Below, piece after piece: positions 37,401 through 50,869 of a stretch of DNA of 64,000 bases. Every line of letters begins with the position of its first letter. Position 1 is the stretch's first letter. A program made the position numbers and the translations under genes. The notes under the pieces were generated by a model, which was not told the origin of the DNA, searched no databases, and was given only the letters and a program-made list of their open reading frames with translations. The DNA is from Raillietiella orientalis. Its lineage: Eukaryota. The stretch lies in the NCBI GenBank assembly GCA_036172245.1, contig JAYWIR010000003.1, forward strand, positions 186,001 through 250,000. Direction: 5' to 3'.

Positions 37401-40400
37401 AGCCCCTGCGCGCCCCGGGCGGACTGCCTCCTCATGAGGGTGCCGGTGCCGGTGCCGTCGGGAATACGGTTGGGTCTCACGTAGGAGGTGGTCTGCTCGC
37501 AGCAGGCGCTCTTTCTCTTCCCCTCCTCCTCCGAGGGGAGAAGGATGCTTGGCTTTCGTTTCCCCGGATACGAGTGAGAACGAGGATTGTGTCGCAGGCA
37601 GGAAGAGCACACGGGGAGCTCCGCTTCCCTGGGCAGCAGACCTTCCCTTTGATGGCTGCGGGCACATATAAGGATGCTGCTTGCGGTCCCGTGCGTTTCC
37701 AAGGAAACTGGTTGTCGGACCGCGCAGGAGGGCACCTGGAAGGAGTGCCGAGGGAAACTGAGGGTGCCACCGCGGCCTGACCCGGCGCTCGAGGTCAAGG
37801 CGCTTGACAAGGCACTCGAGCTTGCCGGTTGGCGCGGTCGGACATGCTCCTCTTTGTGGGGTGCCACCTCGAACATTGGGGTGGGGAGCAGTCGCAGTGC
37901 CGTCCGGGGACCTCCTGGAACGTTAATTCCTCCTACCATCTAGGAAGGAGCTGCGTCACGCGATTCTCTTGACCTCCTCCTCTCCTTTACCCTTGGGTCA
38001 CTTGCTTCACCCCATTCACGGGCGCCAACTCTCCCACCTGTTCCGCGGGATTCAGGGGCATTTGTTTGCCCTTGCCAGACCGAGGCCGTCCCGATGGAGG
38101 AACCCGCTCTGGCGGACGGGAAGCATCCGTTCCAGGATGCTGTCCGGGGGTGCTGGAGTTCGATCGTGAGGCGTCCAAAGGCGAAAGTAGCTCTCCTTTT
38201 AGCGACGCGCCAACCTGGGCACGGTTAAGCGAAAGTGCTGCGTTTCCTAGGTGGCGTTCGCTTGGCTGTCTCCTCGTGCACACGGGCGCGCCCTGAACAC
38301 CACGTGATTCTGACGTCACCGTGTTCCCGCGCGACGACGGCGGCGAAACCGTCGAGCGTCGCAGCCTCGGAGAGAGGATTTTACGCACGGAGCAGTGGCG
38401 CCGTTCGCGCGCGAACGGGAAGTGCGATGAGGGCTCCTCCCCCTCCCTCCCCTTTATTATTATTTTTTTTTTTTTTCGGGAAACGAATCGTAGCAGGTGA
38501 TTGCGGGCCCCATTCATTGAAGGAGCGCGGCACCGGACGCTCGCAGCTTCCCAGGCAAACGATCTTCGGGATGCTCGGCTCGCCCGCCTTCCGAGGCGGC
38601 CGCTACCGGCGGAGTCAGGCTTGAACGGAAGATGACGCTGCGCCATCTCGCAAGACTGCTTTACTGGCAGTTTTGAGAGATGGCGCTGCGCCAGAGGAGA
38701 GCTGGCTCAGGAAGGTGTCTCCCTCAGGTCTCTCCTCTCCGGTCTCGTCGAAGTGAAAGGAGGTGCCGGGATGAGGCATCAGCAACGTGCGGCAAGGGAT
38801 AAATCGAAAAACATCGAAGGCGCAGCCATCGATTGGCGCTTTCGGAGAAACCGCGTCAGGCAAAGCGTGTGAATGGCGGCGCTGTGTAGAGTGGGTCTTT
38901 TGCTTCTTTCGTGTCCCTCGATGGCGTCTCCTTCGTACATGGTCGATCACTCATGACGACTCGAACGAAGAGTTTTTTTTTTTTTTCTTAAGACGGCAAG
39001 CTGCTTTTACTTTTACATTTGAAGTGTAGGAGGCGCACTCGTGCCGAATGAGCAACGTGGCTGCTGACGTGAGCGTGCGCTGCCGTGAAAGCGAGCAGTG
39101 CCGCGGAAGCGGCAGCTGGCTGCAAGCGTCATGTGGAAGGACCGGAGAAGAGTCCCTCAGACGGGGAAAATTCAGTCTCCATCAGTGCGTGAAAGTCCAC
39201 GGAAAGACTTCACGCCTTGCTCCATGCGAGGGCGACGAAACGGACTCTGGCATGTATGGTCTCCCTACATCTGTGTAGGTAGGAAATGTGGGGAGATACC
39301 TATACAGCAGAGGTGGTAATAATTTGCTGAAGACTTTCTTTTCTATTCTGCTTTTCCGCTCTCGCGGGGCGCGAAGCTCGAAGGCACACACCTTGGGAAT
39401 TTCTACGAATTGATTTAGAATTGTTTCTTTGAGGCCGGATCTATAAACTCTCAAAACAATTCGTGTTCATGAATGAATGCTTCACGTTGATGAATTCTTG
39501 GTATTATATTTTAAACGTTGTTGGAAACCAAATCGAATCCAACATCTACGTTTAACCATATCGAGTGTGCTTGGAATCTATGACGACGGACATCTCTTCG
39601 CCCACAAGCTGCAAAGGGAAGGGAGGAATCTTTGGAAACCTCGGACGCCTCCTCGAGCCGTCCTGGAAAATCGAGCTTTCAGTTGCTCTGTTGCCCAAAC
39701 AACTGAGAAGATCTCGAGGGTTGCTGAAGACGTGCAGACGTAAGAGCCCCTGGCGAAACAGAACGGCAAGGCAGAAAGGGAGGCGACGAACGGAAAAAGA
39801 AAGGAAATCGGAAAAGATGGCTCCAGAAACGTGGATTTTCGATCTCGGGAAAGGAATTTGTAACTACGCGGGCATAGCAGCCACGAATGAGGAGGACTGC
39901 AGCATCCGTTGCGGGTCAGAAGATTGTTTCATCCGGAGAAATGGAAAGAAAGTATGGCATACAACGCGGTGCTTTCTCCGCCATCTTGTTTAAAGCTTAG
40001 GGAGGAAGTGGGGAGTGCAACTTATCCCATAAAGTTGTCCAGTCGTAAATTGCTTTCCATGTGGGTCGCTTCTTTTTTGGATATTCCAGCTCTTGTACAT
40101 GAAGCGCAACCGAATCCCAAATATGGAGCATTCTGCTATCTTTGCCAGCTGAGGGTCTGAGGAAGTTTTCCGAGACCTTTTGACTTGGGACTCACCGATG
40201 TTGAGGTGTGAATATCGAATGAAGCATTCATTCCGAAGCCTCTGTATCTGTACGCGATTCTGTGTGCTTCTGTTACTGTACAGTCTGAATTTTATACAGT
40301 CAGAGGTTTTCGGTTTATGGAGCAGCCACTCGTTTCTCTTTGTCTGATTTTTCACGTCTCAGAAGGTGAAGACTTTCCGATGCCATTAGGTTCGCACGTT

Positions 40401-41059
40401 GCTTATTTCTTGTGTTCACCGTGATCCCAGCATCGTCTGTCATCAGTGCAGAGAGCCATTGCCCAGTCCAGCGTTTCCGAAACTTTTCCTGTGACGGAAC
40501 ACTCCACGAATCCTGAAATCTTAACTGAATACCTTGGTCATTTTATAGGGTAGGTAGATGTGAATAATAAATAAACGAAGCAAGTAAATATAAGAGTTAA
40601 GAAAGCAAAGCAAACATTTATTCTCCAATGTTAATTATGCAAGAACAAAACACGTGAAAATAGTAAAATAAACTTAATAACATTTAAAACATGTTAATTT
40701 TCATAACTTTTCGCGGAACACCAGTGTCCCCGCAGTTTGGGAAACGCTGCTTTCCAAAGGCACACGAATTCGAAACACACTTTGTCACCCCGACTAGAAA
40801 ACCCCTTTGTTCTTCCGTCAAAGAGTGTCGGGGTAGCGAGCCTAAAAATTCCCTACAAGGGCGAAAGACATCAGACGCCCATATCGCTTCAGAATGAATG
40901 TTAATTATGGAACCCCACAGCTGGAGGACCTCTCTGACCACTCAGAGGTCTTCTGCCTCTTGTCCTATCGAGATATGTGCACATCCGTCCACTTGCAACA
41001 GTACTGAAAACAAGATGGCAAGAGTTTGATCCATTCTTCATAAGAGCAATGTAATGAAT

Positions 41060-41400
41060 GCTGAACACTCATTACATTGCTATTTTTTATTTTTTTCATT
41101 TCAACCTTTCAAGTCTTCATGTCCTGCTTGAACTTATGTGTAACTTCCTCAAGAGCGAGTTAAAAAAGTTCAACGTTTGGGGTTGGGTATTGGGCAAACC
41201 CACACTTGGCGACCTCTGTAAAGGAAGCGGACATCCCAACTTGCCTCGATTTGCATTCATCGTAACCTCTCGATTTCCTTCGGATGAGTTTTTACACCAA
41301 CCAAAGGTCCGAAAGAGAAGGGCGAAGACCACTCGGCGGAGACTGGAAACTGCCCTCCCCCCCACCAAATCTTCGGAAGCCGTCGTCGCAACACTTTTCC
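41060..41400 (+). mobile_element. Possible decayed LINE RT remnant
   Basis: LLELMCNFLKSELKKFNVWGWVLGKP...KGSGHPNLPRFAF resembles the segment around the RT PQG motif. Weak. Confidence 0.35.
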
Positions 41401-44400
41401 CGTAAGAGTCAACGTCCAGAACACGTTTTCGTGTGGCATATGGATTCCGTCGTGCCAGCCACAACGCTGGAAATAACAGAGAGAAGGGCCCAGAACCTAT
41501 TTGCAAGGAATTTTAAGGACCCGGAACCTCTTTTCAATGATGATTTTTTTTTTTTAAAAAAAAAAAGGGTTGAAAAGGAAGGAATTTCCGCACTTCCTAT
41601 GAGTTTTTTGCAGTCCGTCTTAATGGATGCTCTCTTTGATTTTCAGTGTGTACGCAGTGAAATGAAAAGCCATTGGATTCTTCTGGTTTTGCAACTGCGG
41701 CCTATTCCGCTGGAAGTTCATTTCCGATAGGCACATAGGAAACTGGCGATTTGGAGAAATCGCCGTCTATCAAGTGGTAACTCAGGAAGGAGGAAAACTG
41801 CATGCGAGCAATTTAAGCAGTGCATTTGCTGGAGTCTGTCTCTGAGAATGAAAAGGTTTTATGGCGTCCTGCGGTGGATGTCGGGAAGAATGGATTCTTA
41901 GGTTAAGTGTTGCTGTTGGCCTGGTGTTCCGGAGAATTTCTTTGATTCTGTCAGTTGCTCCCTTTCAGAATTTCAATGAGTCTCTCTTGTTCTAACCGGA
42001 CCGGTCTTGGACCGATGTCAAATTGCAGATTTCCTCAATAGGTGTTTTTGAAAATGGAAATCGTGAGCAGGGCACAGTCTCCATGAATAGAATTCACTTC
42101 GCTGTGTTAAGAGCCACTTGAAAGGAAGTTGGAAATTTTAGCCTAGTTTATTAAGGCATGTTGTTAGCAACATTTTATTACTGTTATTATTATCGTTGTC
42201 TGGTTATCCTTTCATGCAACTTTCAGTTTCAGTTTTCCATTGCCTTGGACGCGTTTCACGGTTCAAATGACTATTTTTTGATTATAATTCATTTTGCTTT
42301 TTGAGCGTTCGTGTTTTTTTTTTTTTTTTATCCGCAGATCTCGGTCTGAAGTTACTCCACCTATTTCGAGAGACTCACCTTTCAGCAAATTCTGCTTATC
42401 ATGTCAGCAAAGCATTTCTTTGCTAGGTAAAGAAATGCTTACCCACCCAACAGCTGTATCTGATTGTATCTGACAGTTTGGTTCGAGGCAGTCTCAGCAA
42501 GAAGTGATCAGAGTGATTTGTTTCAATAGAAGAGCAACGATACACTCGCTGGATAAGTAATGGGAGTCGACACACCAAGGAATTCTGCAGCCACTCCATC
42601 GATCGTGTTCCAACATCCAGCTGGGTCAGCATTTTCGCTAACGTTCAGTGCCCATCTCTTATTCGATACCTTGCGAAAAATATCACGTGATTATTCGTAC
42701 TCATTATGTGATTTTGTGTGCTTTGCGTTTGTTGAAAACGAATTTTCGAATGGTTTACTTCCATGTGGAAATGTTTGCAAATGAAGAGCGCCTCGTGTTT
42801 GCGTCATCCAGCATAGGACACTCGGAATACCAAAACGGTCCATTCTGCGTGAAAACTCCAGTCCAAGCCAACCCAAGTGATTTGTGACTTCCAAAAGCAG
42901 TTCCCAGCGCCCGGAGCAGATCATTTAAGCTTCCAGGCAGACCTGCAGAGAGCTTGGTAACCACTAGTACTGTTTTTCTTCATGAAGCTGGAAAGCTTTA
43001 GAATGGTACGTAATCTCCTGAAGGGCCTGCTAAAAAAGCTAAAAGCAACTTCTGGATAAAGCATCGAAATAGATCAGGGATCGGACGTTTCCAATTGCAA
43101 AGGAAAACACAACGGACAGTTCACACCAAAAATACGAGGACAGTGACAAATTTCATGTCCATTTCATGTCTCGAGATTTTTCTAGGAAAATGCATCAGCT
43201 ATTCGTGCTAGCAGTAGCAGGGAATAATTGATGCTGAAATGAATAGCTGGCACTTCAAGGCATGGATCAGTTCAAGCATAATTCCTTTGGAATTGTTCGA
43301 AAGCCGTCACAAAAGTTTGCGTCATGGCAATGGTAACCCTGCTCTGCCACCAATGCTGGAATTAGAATGTTGGAACCGTGTTCAATTTGTCTACTGAGGG
43401 TTGATTTAATAAAACGTTTAGGGAATATTTAAAGGGTTCGTAGGGTGACACAAGTTAATCGCTTCAGAAATTGTAGTGAGCATTATAAGTCATGATGCAG
43501 AATTTGGGTTTGAAGAGTAATTACTTGCATCACTGTTGATTCGTTCCTGCTAAACTCGGGAGAAGCTTTCCATATGAATAGAGTGATTGTAAAGTATTTG
43601 CCTGGATATTGATGAACGCACGGAGACTCCTGGATCTTACCGATGATTGGGACAAGTGGCTGATTGCGGCTTATAGAGCCTATCCGAAGTTTAGGACGAC
43701 TGCAATGGCGTGATCTTAGCCCTAGTAGGCAAACCAGGAGAGCAGGGGAACATCGACCCCAGCTGGAAGAGGAAGTAGGCACTGTTGAAGATTCACCAAC
43801 TGAAAATAGTGCCTAGCAGCAAGGAGATGTGGGAAGAAGAAACTAACTGGCCTTGGTGATTCCTGCTTTCTTCCCGTTCCAATGCAATGGATGTGGCAAT
43901 GGATACACACCAAAGGTCAAGATTAACCATTTAGGGCTGCGTGGCAGCTGTCATAAAATGCGGCTGTTCCGAAACTCTGGAAAAGTCAAAGGCGAATTCA
44001 TGCACAGGACATGCGAAATGTGGAAACACCAGAACAGCGTGCGGTCCAGAATAGTAAACAAGAATCTCCGGGAATACATTCCACAGAAGAACAAGAGTGA
44101 GGACACCCTCATCACGGCAGTCAGCCGCTCCGGGACGTAACAACCTACGCGCGGTTGGAACAACAGTTTGGAGGAGAGACCTGCTGCCGGACACTCAGGA
44201 TGACCTTCGTTTTTCCACGAAGCAATCCTGAGGGGCTCGAGGGTCAAAGTCCGGACTGGCAACATTCAAGATGAGTTCTGCACGGGAGCGTGGGGATAAG
44301 GAATCCAGGCTCCAAGTGCTCACTTGCCCAAAGCTGCGTCCAAACTGGAAAGTGCTGAAGACGGTGACAGGTCTGCAGACCAATGCAGAGGTGGAAGTCC

Positions 44401-46799
44401 TAGCAGGAATGTTTGAAGGAGACGGCGGTAACGTTCCCGATGCAATCCCAGAGTGAGGACCACGACGGGCCTCTTCATCACAAGCATTGTGATGAGATAG
44501 ACCTACGTGAATCCACAGAGAAGTTCATCAAAGTCAGCAATCCAGATTCTGAAAGGACTAATACGCAAAGAAATTGGAATCAGGGAATGTGGGACTGGTG
44601 ATATGTCCAGGAGGGGACTCCTCCTGGACATATCGCACCGAAAAGGATAGGCGATGAGCGAGACTCCCGAGAGCCCTAAAGTGTGAATTCCAAACGACAG
44701 GAATCCCAATTCAGGAAACAAAAGGTGATAAAGTGCAGTGATAAAGGCGACGGGAACTTTTCCTCAGTTCTCTGTGGTTTGCTGTGGAAATGAATTTCAC
44801 CCCCGCCGCGTGCCAGGCGGGGCCCGGCATGCAAGAATGGCCGGAAAGAACCTCCCGTTCAATTTGTTCCCATGTATATGTGTTTTTAAAACATAAATGC
44901 ATAAAGATTTTCGAACAGCAGGGCGATGACTCTTGGATTGTGCTTTTGTTGCAGTTTGCAAAGAAAAGCGAATTTGGTTGATTATACGTATGTATGAACG
45001 GTGTTGCTATAACTGTCACAGTAATGTTTTCATGAAACATCTACGGCGTGAATTTTCGGAGGATGAAGGTGCATGTCGTAATTTTCAAAATTATATCATT
45101 TATAAGATTTTTATGCCAACGAGTCGAAATACGTGGTTAATTAAAAAGTCCAGGAATTTTTGGTGGGCTCACCTGTATATAGATATGCTAAATAAAAACC
45201 ACTGCTCATGTAGAGTACCAGCAGGCAGTAACATATGAAAGATGGAGCTGGGTTTGCAAATGTGAAGTCTCTGGGAAACCTTACAACTGAGAAACCCTTT
45301 CTCCCTAAAGTTCCATTCCATATCAGATGTTTTTGAAGTGGTTTTGCAAAGCACCAAATGTTAAGAGCCTTAACATAGGTGTGTTTGAGGAAACTAGCTT
45401 ATACAATCCTCCCCCTCCATCCAAATATTAGTGGAAATTAATTGGTAATAATCTGCTGTAATGTCCAGTAATGTTTTGTAAGGGAAGGGAAATGTTTGAA
45501 ATGCCTAAAGGAGCTACATGTGCACAATATTAAATGTGCCTCTTGTTCTGTATCTGTATAAATTGATTGCAAAGATCCAGATCTTTGCAATCAATTTATC
45601 TTTATGACTGCTACATTAGCCTACCACCTGTTCTCTAGTTTAACATAATATCACCATGATTGGTTAACCTTCTGGAGCTGAGTGTAAGGTTTCTGTGTTA
45701 AGATTCCATGCTAGAGATCTTGGTCATCATGAGAGAATTGATGAAACTTGAAGCTCCAGGGAATTAAGTGGTTAGGCATTTTTTTTTTTTTTTAGAAAAA
45801 CGGAACTGGAAGAATTTATAGATGTCTTGCACATCTACAAAAAGAGAACATTCAGAACGATGTATGAATGAGAAATAACTTTCTCATCACAGGAGCTTCC
45901 TTGTCAGCTTTCCTCGCTTGCACAATCTTCGCAATTTTTCCATCAAAGCTCTATGAATCACATTAGTCAAGCTTTGGTTTGGTTTATTTGTTGTATTGAA
46001 AATTTGTTGTTTTTTTCAATACAAAACTCAAATAGCCTCGGCTTCATTTATGTTAGATGGTGGGTGATCAAGGTAAGTCAAGGTTCCAACCTAAACCTGA
46101 TTGGAGAATGCCACAAGCACACCTTGGACCATAGTCCAAGGTGTACATTAGCCTCCCTGGGTTCTACAGGTTAGATGTCAATAGTTGTAGTAATGCACCA
46201 AGCAACCCGTTTGGCATAGTTGAAAATTTTTAACTACATTCAAATTCAAATTTAGCTCATTAAAACTGCATGTTTTCCCCTGTAACTTGTTAATTTATAT
46301 TGTGTCTGTAAAAAGCCCCATTGCCCATTCTACAATCATCCCAAGATTACAATACAAGATCTGTTGATTTAGAGATTTCTAGATCAGCTCCTTGTTCTTG
46401 GGATGACAATGACTTACCAAATCTTTTGTTTTAAGAGAGCTGAGAAAATGCAATCACCTAATGAAGCACAACAAATTAATTCGTGTTAAAACCGATTACA
46501 TTTGAATTTCGCCTCCAGATATGAGATCTCAAGCGTCTTACGCATCAAATAACTTTATGCACCCATAAAACTTGATTTTTCTTTTCAAGTTGCACTCGGG
46601 ACAGACGAACTTGCGTCTCCATCCCCTTAGTGTTAAGGCACTTTGAAGATACTCGGAGACACCTCCCAGTAGGGAAGTTTTGTACGTTATAACGTCGTGA
46701 TACTTTCTTGACTTTTACCAGATGTAGTAACTTTGATGTACCATACAGAACTCATTCATTTAATCGCATGTATTCGACGGCTTACATGAACTTTAACCA

Positions 46800-47520
46800 C
46801 CTTAAATGAATTTTTGGTTAGTCCGTTGAGCAGATTTTGCAGTCTCATTTTCCTGCTAAGATTGAAACAGCTGAATAACAGCATTCTAACAAACATTGTA
46901 AGCATTATAATTATTACGAATGTTCTCAGATCGTCTGCATCAGCAACGTGGTTTTTGTGGAAATCTACTTCGTGTAATGTAAACGAATTCTCCCGATGAG
47001 AACATTGCACCCCTGAATGCGACACTTCTTTTAAAATGCGCCTGGAATTCGAGGTGCTGAAAGTTGGGGTTACACGTGAATATGCCCAACTAATGTGGAA
47101 GGTTTTAATTTTGAATTTGAAGGCAGAGGCATATAACACGGGAACTGAATGCTTGTCGTCGAAGGGAAGAAATCTTTTGCATGCATTCCCGCAAAAGAGT
47201 GCCGTTCTCCATCCCAACGTCCATGGAGACTCTTGGATCACATATAGTAGGAAAAAGTCTTGATGAATAGGTTAACCAAACTACAAATGTGTGGATCGAA
47301 CTTTATGCCCACGCGGTTGTACTCTTCAAAAGTGTTTCATGCTGGGCAACCTGCATGAAACTTAAAAGATAGGTTAAAGCAGGTGTCAAGTCAAATGGTT
47401 TCAAAATAGAGGAATTATGTAAATACCGAGAAGCCAGGAATCGGTTGAACATTTTCAAAATTGGGAAATCGGACCTACGAAATTGGGAATTATGCAGATC
47501 CGTATCCGTCGGAACGACTT
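46800..47520 (+). mobile_element. Decayed LINE reverse-transcriptase remnant (different family from the Tx1-like copies)
   Basis: Ordered motifs VSPLS (ISLL), QQRGF (QxGF), FPQKSAVLHP (PQGSVLSP), LYAHAVVLF (YADD), KWFQNRG/VNTEK, KLGI (YLG), with frameshifts and stops. Confidence 0.7.
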
Positions 47521-49146
47521 CTGAAGCCAAATGAGCAAAAACATATGCATCCCTCGCGAGCACTTGGCACCGAAGGAGATTTCCGTTGCTGCGTTCGAGC
47601 ACAGCGAAGACGTTTAAGTAAAGGGAATCCGAGTGAGGCTGAGGTCCTTCTACTCAACCCCTTCTCTTATTAGATCGACGGTGTACAAAGGATGGAAAAG
47701 AAACGCTAGCCATCTTTGCCGTCAGAAAGCATTCGTCTCCGACGTGAAATGGGCGTTTCTGCTGAAGTCGGTGATGGCCGGGGAGTTTGGTGAAGGAAAA
47801 TGCTTGTAAATATTAAATGTTTGTTCAACATCTATCCATTACAGCTTCGAGTCGATGTTCGGGTGCAGTTTTCTACATATCTGAGCTTACCTCTATCTTG
47901 GGCGGATTTCTTAGAGCTTTAATTTTCGCAGAAAACAGATTGAATGGGTGATCGATACTGAGCGCTTCGATCTTCTGAGAGCCGTAATAGATTTGCATCG
48001 GTGGCACCATGCAATGTGAGAAACCTCAGAAAAGATTCAATTTCAAAAGCATGCCGAGCGTGCAAAGTTCATTCCTTGCCCCGAAGTGCTGTTTGCGCCA
48101 AACAGAGAGAGTCTCAAGAACTACACGGGCAAATGAATTTGATTTTATTGCAAAGATGAGCTTGTGGGCAGGGGAGGGTGGATTCTGGATCCCTTCGTTG
48201 TGCAACAGGGTTCGAAAGGAATGCTTTGAAAGGAACAGTTGCTGCCCATCCATCGGACTTGTGGTCGTTTATTCTCGCTTTAGCCCGTTTACGCGATTCG
48301 CGGAAGCACGAGACCGAATGCTTTCCATCCGAATCTTTCTTTTCTTTTCTTTTTCTTTTTTTTCTTACTTCGATTGAATTCAGAAAATTTCCCTGCCCAT
48401 AAGAATTTTCAGTAATCCTTCAAGGGTACGCTCTCCGTGAGCGGCCATCGTGCAACTATGGTTTCAAGCAAAAAAGACGTTGCCTGGTGAACGGAAGGAA
48501 TAGGCATCCATTTTTACCACAAAGCTCCTCGATACTTAAAATGGGTCAGCAGGGAAATGTAGTTATCCACGTATGAAACGGAAAAAAAGAAATATATATA
48601 TATATGAAAGATGAAGGTGTGCTCTCCGTCCAGAGCTAAGGGAACGCCGGAGCAGGGAGATACGTGAAGGGAATGGGAACCAATGGATCGAGGACGGAGA
48701 AAGCAGCAGGGATGGGGGGGGGGGGAGGAATCGGGCGGATTCGTGTGTGTTTGGACCTCTTTCGTCCCCTCTGCGCTCCACCCCCCCCTGATTTCGCCGG
48801 GAGTAGTCCGATCCGGTCCATCCGCAAGCAGGCCGAGCACAAGGCAGGTGCTGCCCTGAGGCCGGTGCCGCTGCCAAGGGCAACAGCAGCGACAATGGGC
48901 AGCGAAGAACCGTCTGGCTGACCGGTGGCTATCGATCGCAGGTCGCGGCGGCGGAACCCACGCCCGTTTGCCGCATTAGCCTTTCGCAGAGTGCTCTCGC
49001 ATGGAGGCTGTCTGGTCCGGGGGCGCGGAGATCAAGTCATGAGACACGGAAACTGCGTCAAGCTGCCCCTGAGCCCGGCTGCGAGGCTGTCTTTCCGGAG
49101 GCTGTGCTTCCCGCGTGCGCCGAGGAAGGAAAGGCGTGCGCGAAAA

Positions 49147-50690
49147 ATGAGGGCCATCCATATTCTATTGAGGCTTGGCAAAATGCTCGATATCGGTGGC
49201 AAGCTGCTGATAGCAGCTGATTTATTCCTGTCAAGTAAGTGTTTGCCATAATTCCGGACAATTCGGTTAGGTGGATTGATCGGTTCGGGTGTGCATCTGA
49301 ATAAATAATGCTGCTCGCATGGAGCTGCCATCCTGGCATATTAACGGTTGTTTATAGCCGAATCGGAAAATTCGAAAATCAATGTATTTGCCAAAGCATC
49401 TTCCTTTCCGCAGCCGGAATCTCCGGTCTGCAGCGAGGTAATCAAGTTACCAAAAATCAGGTAGCGAATATATTCAAGAAAAGGGGGGGGGGGGAAACCG
49501 CTTTTCATGTAACGCTGTGACCAGCATCCCCTTTCGTTTTGCACCATCGCAGAGCACGAGAGAACCCAATCGGAGAGGGATGTTTGAGACTCGAGAGACT
49601 GCTCGTTTCTTTTCTGCTAGCGTTAAGGCTGCAAGTTTTTATGGCAACTTTGTATGCACGCATCCTATAGATTATGTGGCGGTGGCAGTGGAATGCGTTA
49701 TAGAGAGTGGGAACATATGCACAACTCCATGGAATTACGAAGACGATGTTTTGGAATACTGCGGATACACCCTCTTTTTCTATAAGTATTTCTTGAAAAG
49801 AGACGCGTTGCTGGAGTCGTACTCCTACGTGAACAAGGAATCCTATCCAAGGTACTTGAGCATCTGCGAACGCCTAGTACGGTGCTCTTTCTGCGTGAGC
49901 AACTACCGGCACTGCACCGGTCAAAAGGGTGTCGATGGATTTGGAGTGGACGAAACGAAACAAAAGAACTTGCTGAGGACGACGATCGTCTTCTGCGACC
50001 TTGCCGTTGACCTGAGGAACGGTATCTTGTGGCAAAAGGAAGTGTTTTTTTTTTTTTTTTCTGACACGATGACACAGCGCTCAGGTTGCCTTCCCTATCT
50101 TTGGCTGATGAAAGAAGCTCTCTCTCCAATGTCATCGAGCGTTATTCCTGCTATCTGGACTTACTCGAAGCGTTTTCCGACTGCCAGATAAAGTTCCTCA
50201 AGGAGGTGCAATGCAAAGTGTCATTCTTCAACTTGGATACCATATACAACGTTGATTCGTGGTCATTCTTTTGCTGGTGACTACCTTGCATCCCTAGGCA
50301 TTCCTATCCTTTGTTTTCCAGCCCGGTATCTCTTAAGAGATCTTGCTACAGTGCGGTCAATTGGAAAGAAGGGAATACCTGCCGCAAATTCTCTTCGGAT
50401 CTGGAAAAGAACTTTTTTAAGGGCGGCCTATCGAGGGTGCAGGTGAGTGAAGCAGACGTGTTCCGCACAAGTGCCTGCAGGCGGAATTGGGTTGTCACGA
50501 GTACGATGAAGCAGAATGCAACCAAACGGATTACTGCGTCTGGATCGCAAAGCTCACGGAGGATGAGCACAAGCAATACAGGATACAGATGCAAGGATAC
50601 AGGCAGACCCTCCGGAAGCGGAAATTCCGCTTTTGCCAAGGGAAACCTCAGCATTCCTACCCAACTCTACATCGTTCCGACGTTCAGTAA
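49147..50690 (+). CDS. Unassigned Cys-rich, probably secreted protein (five-exon model, roughly 320 aa)
   Basis: Phase-consistent GT-AG model 49147-49234, 49671-50021, 50078-50276, 50322-50442, 50481-50690. The last three introns are 56, 45 and 38 nt, similar to POFUT1. AATAAA at 50731. The first exon and start (49147 or 49183) are less certain. Confidence 0.7.
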
Positions 50691-50722
50691 AAGTTTTTTC
50701 CCCAGCTGTTATAAATATAAAT

Positions 50723-50736
50723 TTTATTTTAATAAA
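50723..50736. terminator. Back-to-back polyadenylation signals (TTTATT-TT-AATAAA)
   Basis: AATAAA on + at 50731-50736 and on - at 50723-50728, between two convergent stop codons. Confidence 0.55.
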
Positions 50737-50869
50737 GATATCAAAGTATCCAAAAAAAGGGGAAGAAAACCAATGAGATTTAACAACAAAGGCACTCACG
50801 ACATTGATACAGCTGTGAGATCGTAAATTTAACTTCCGTGTGTATTTTTTCAGATCCAGAACCTTTCCT

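Noticed and set aside
43850..44600. Possible gag/pol-like remnant (CNGCG...)
   Set aside because: No complete zinc knuckle, protease or RT motif and no LTRs seen.
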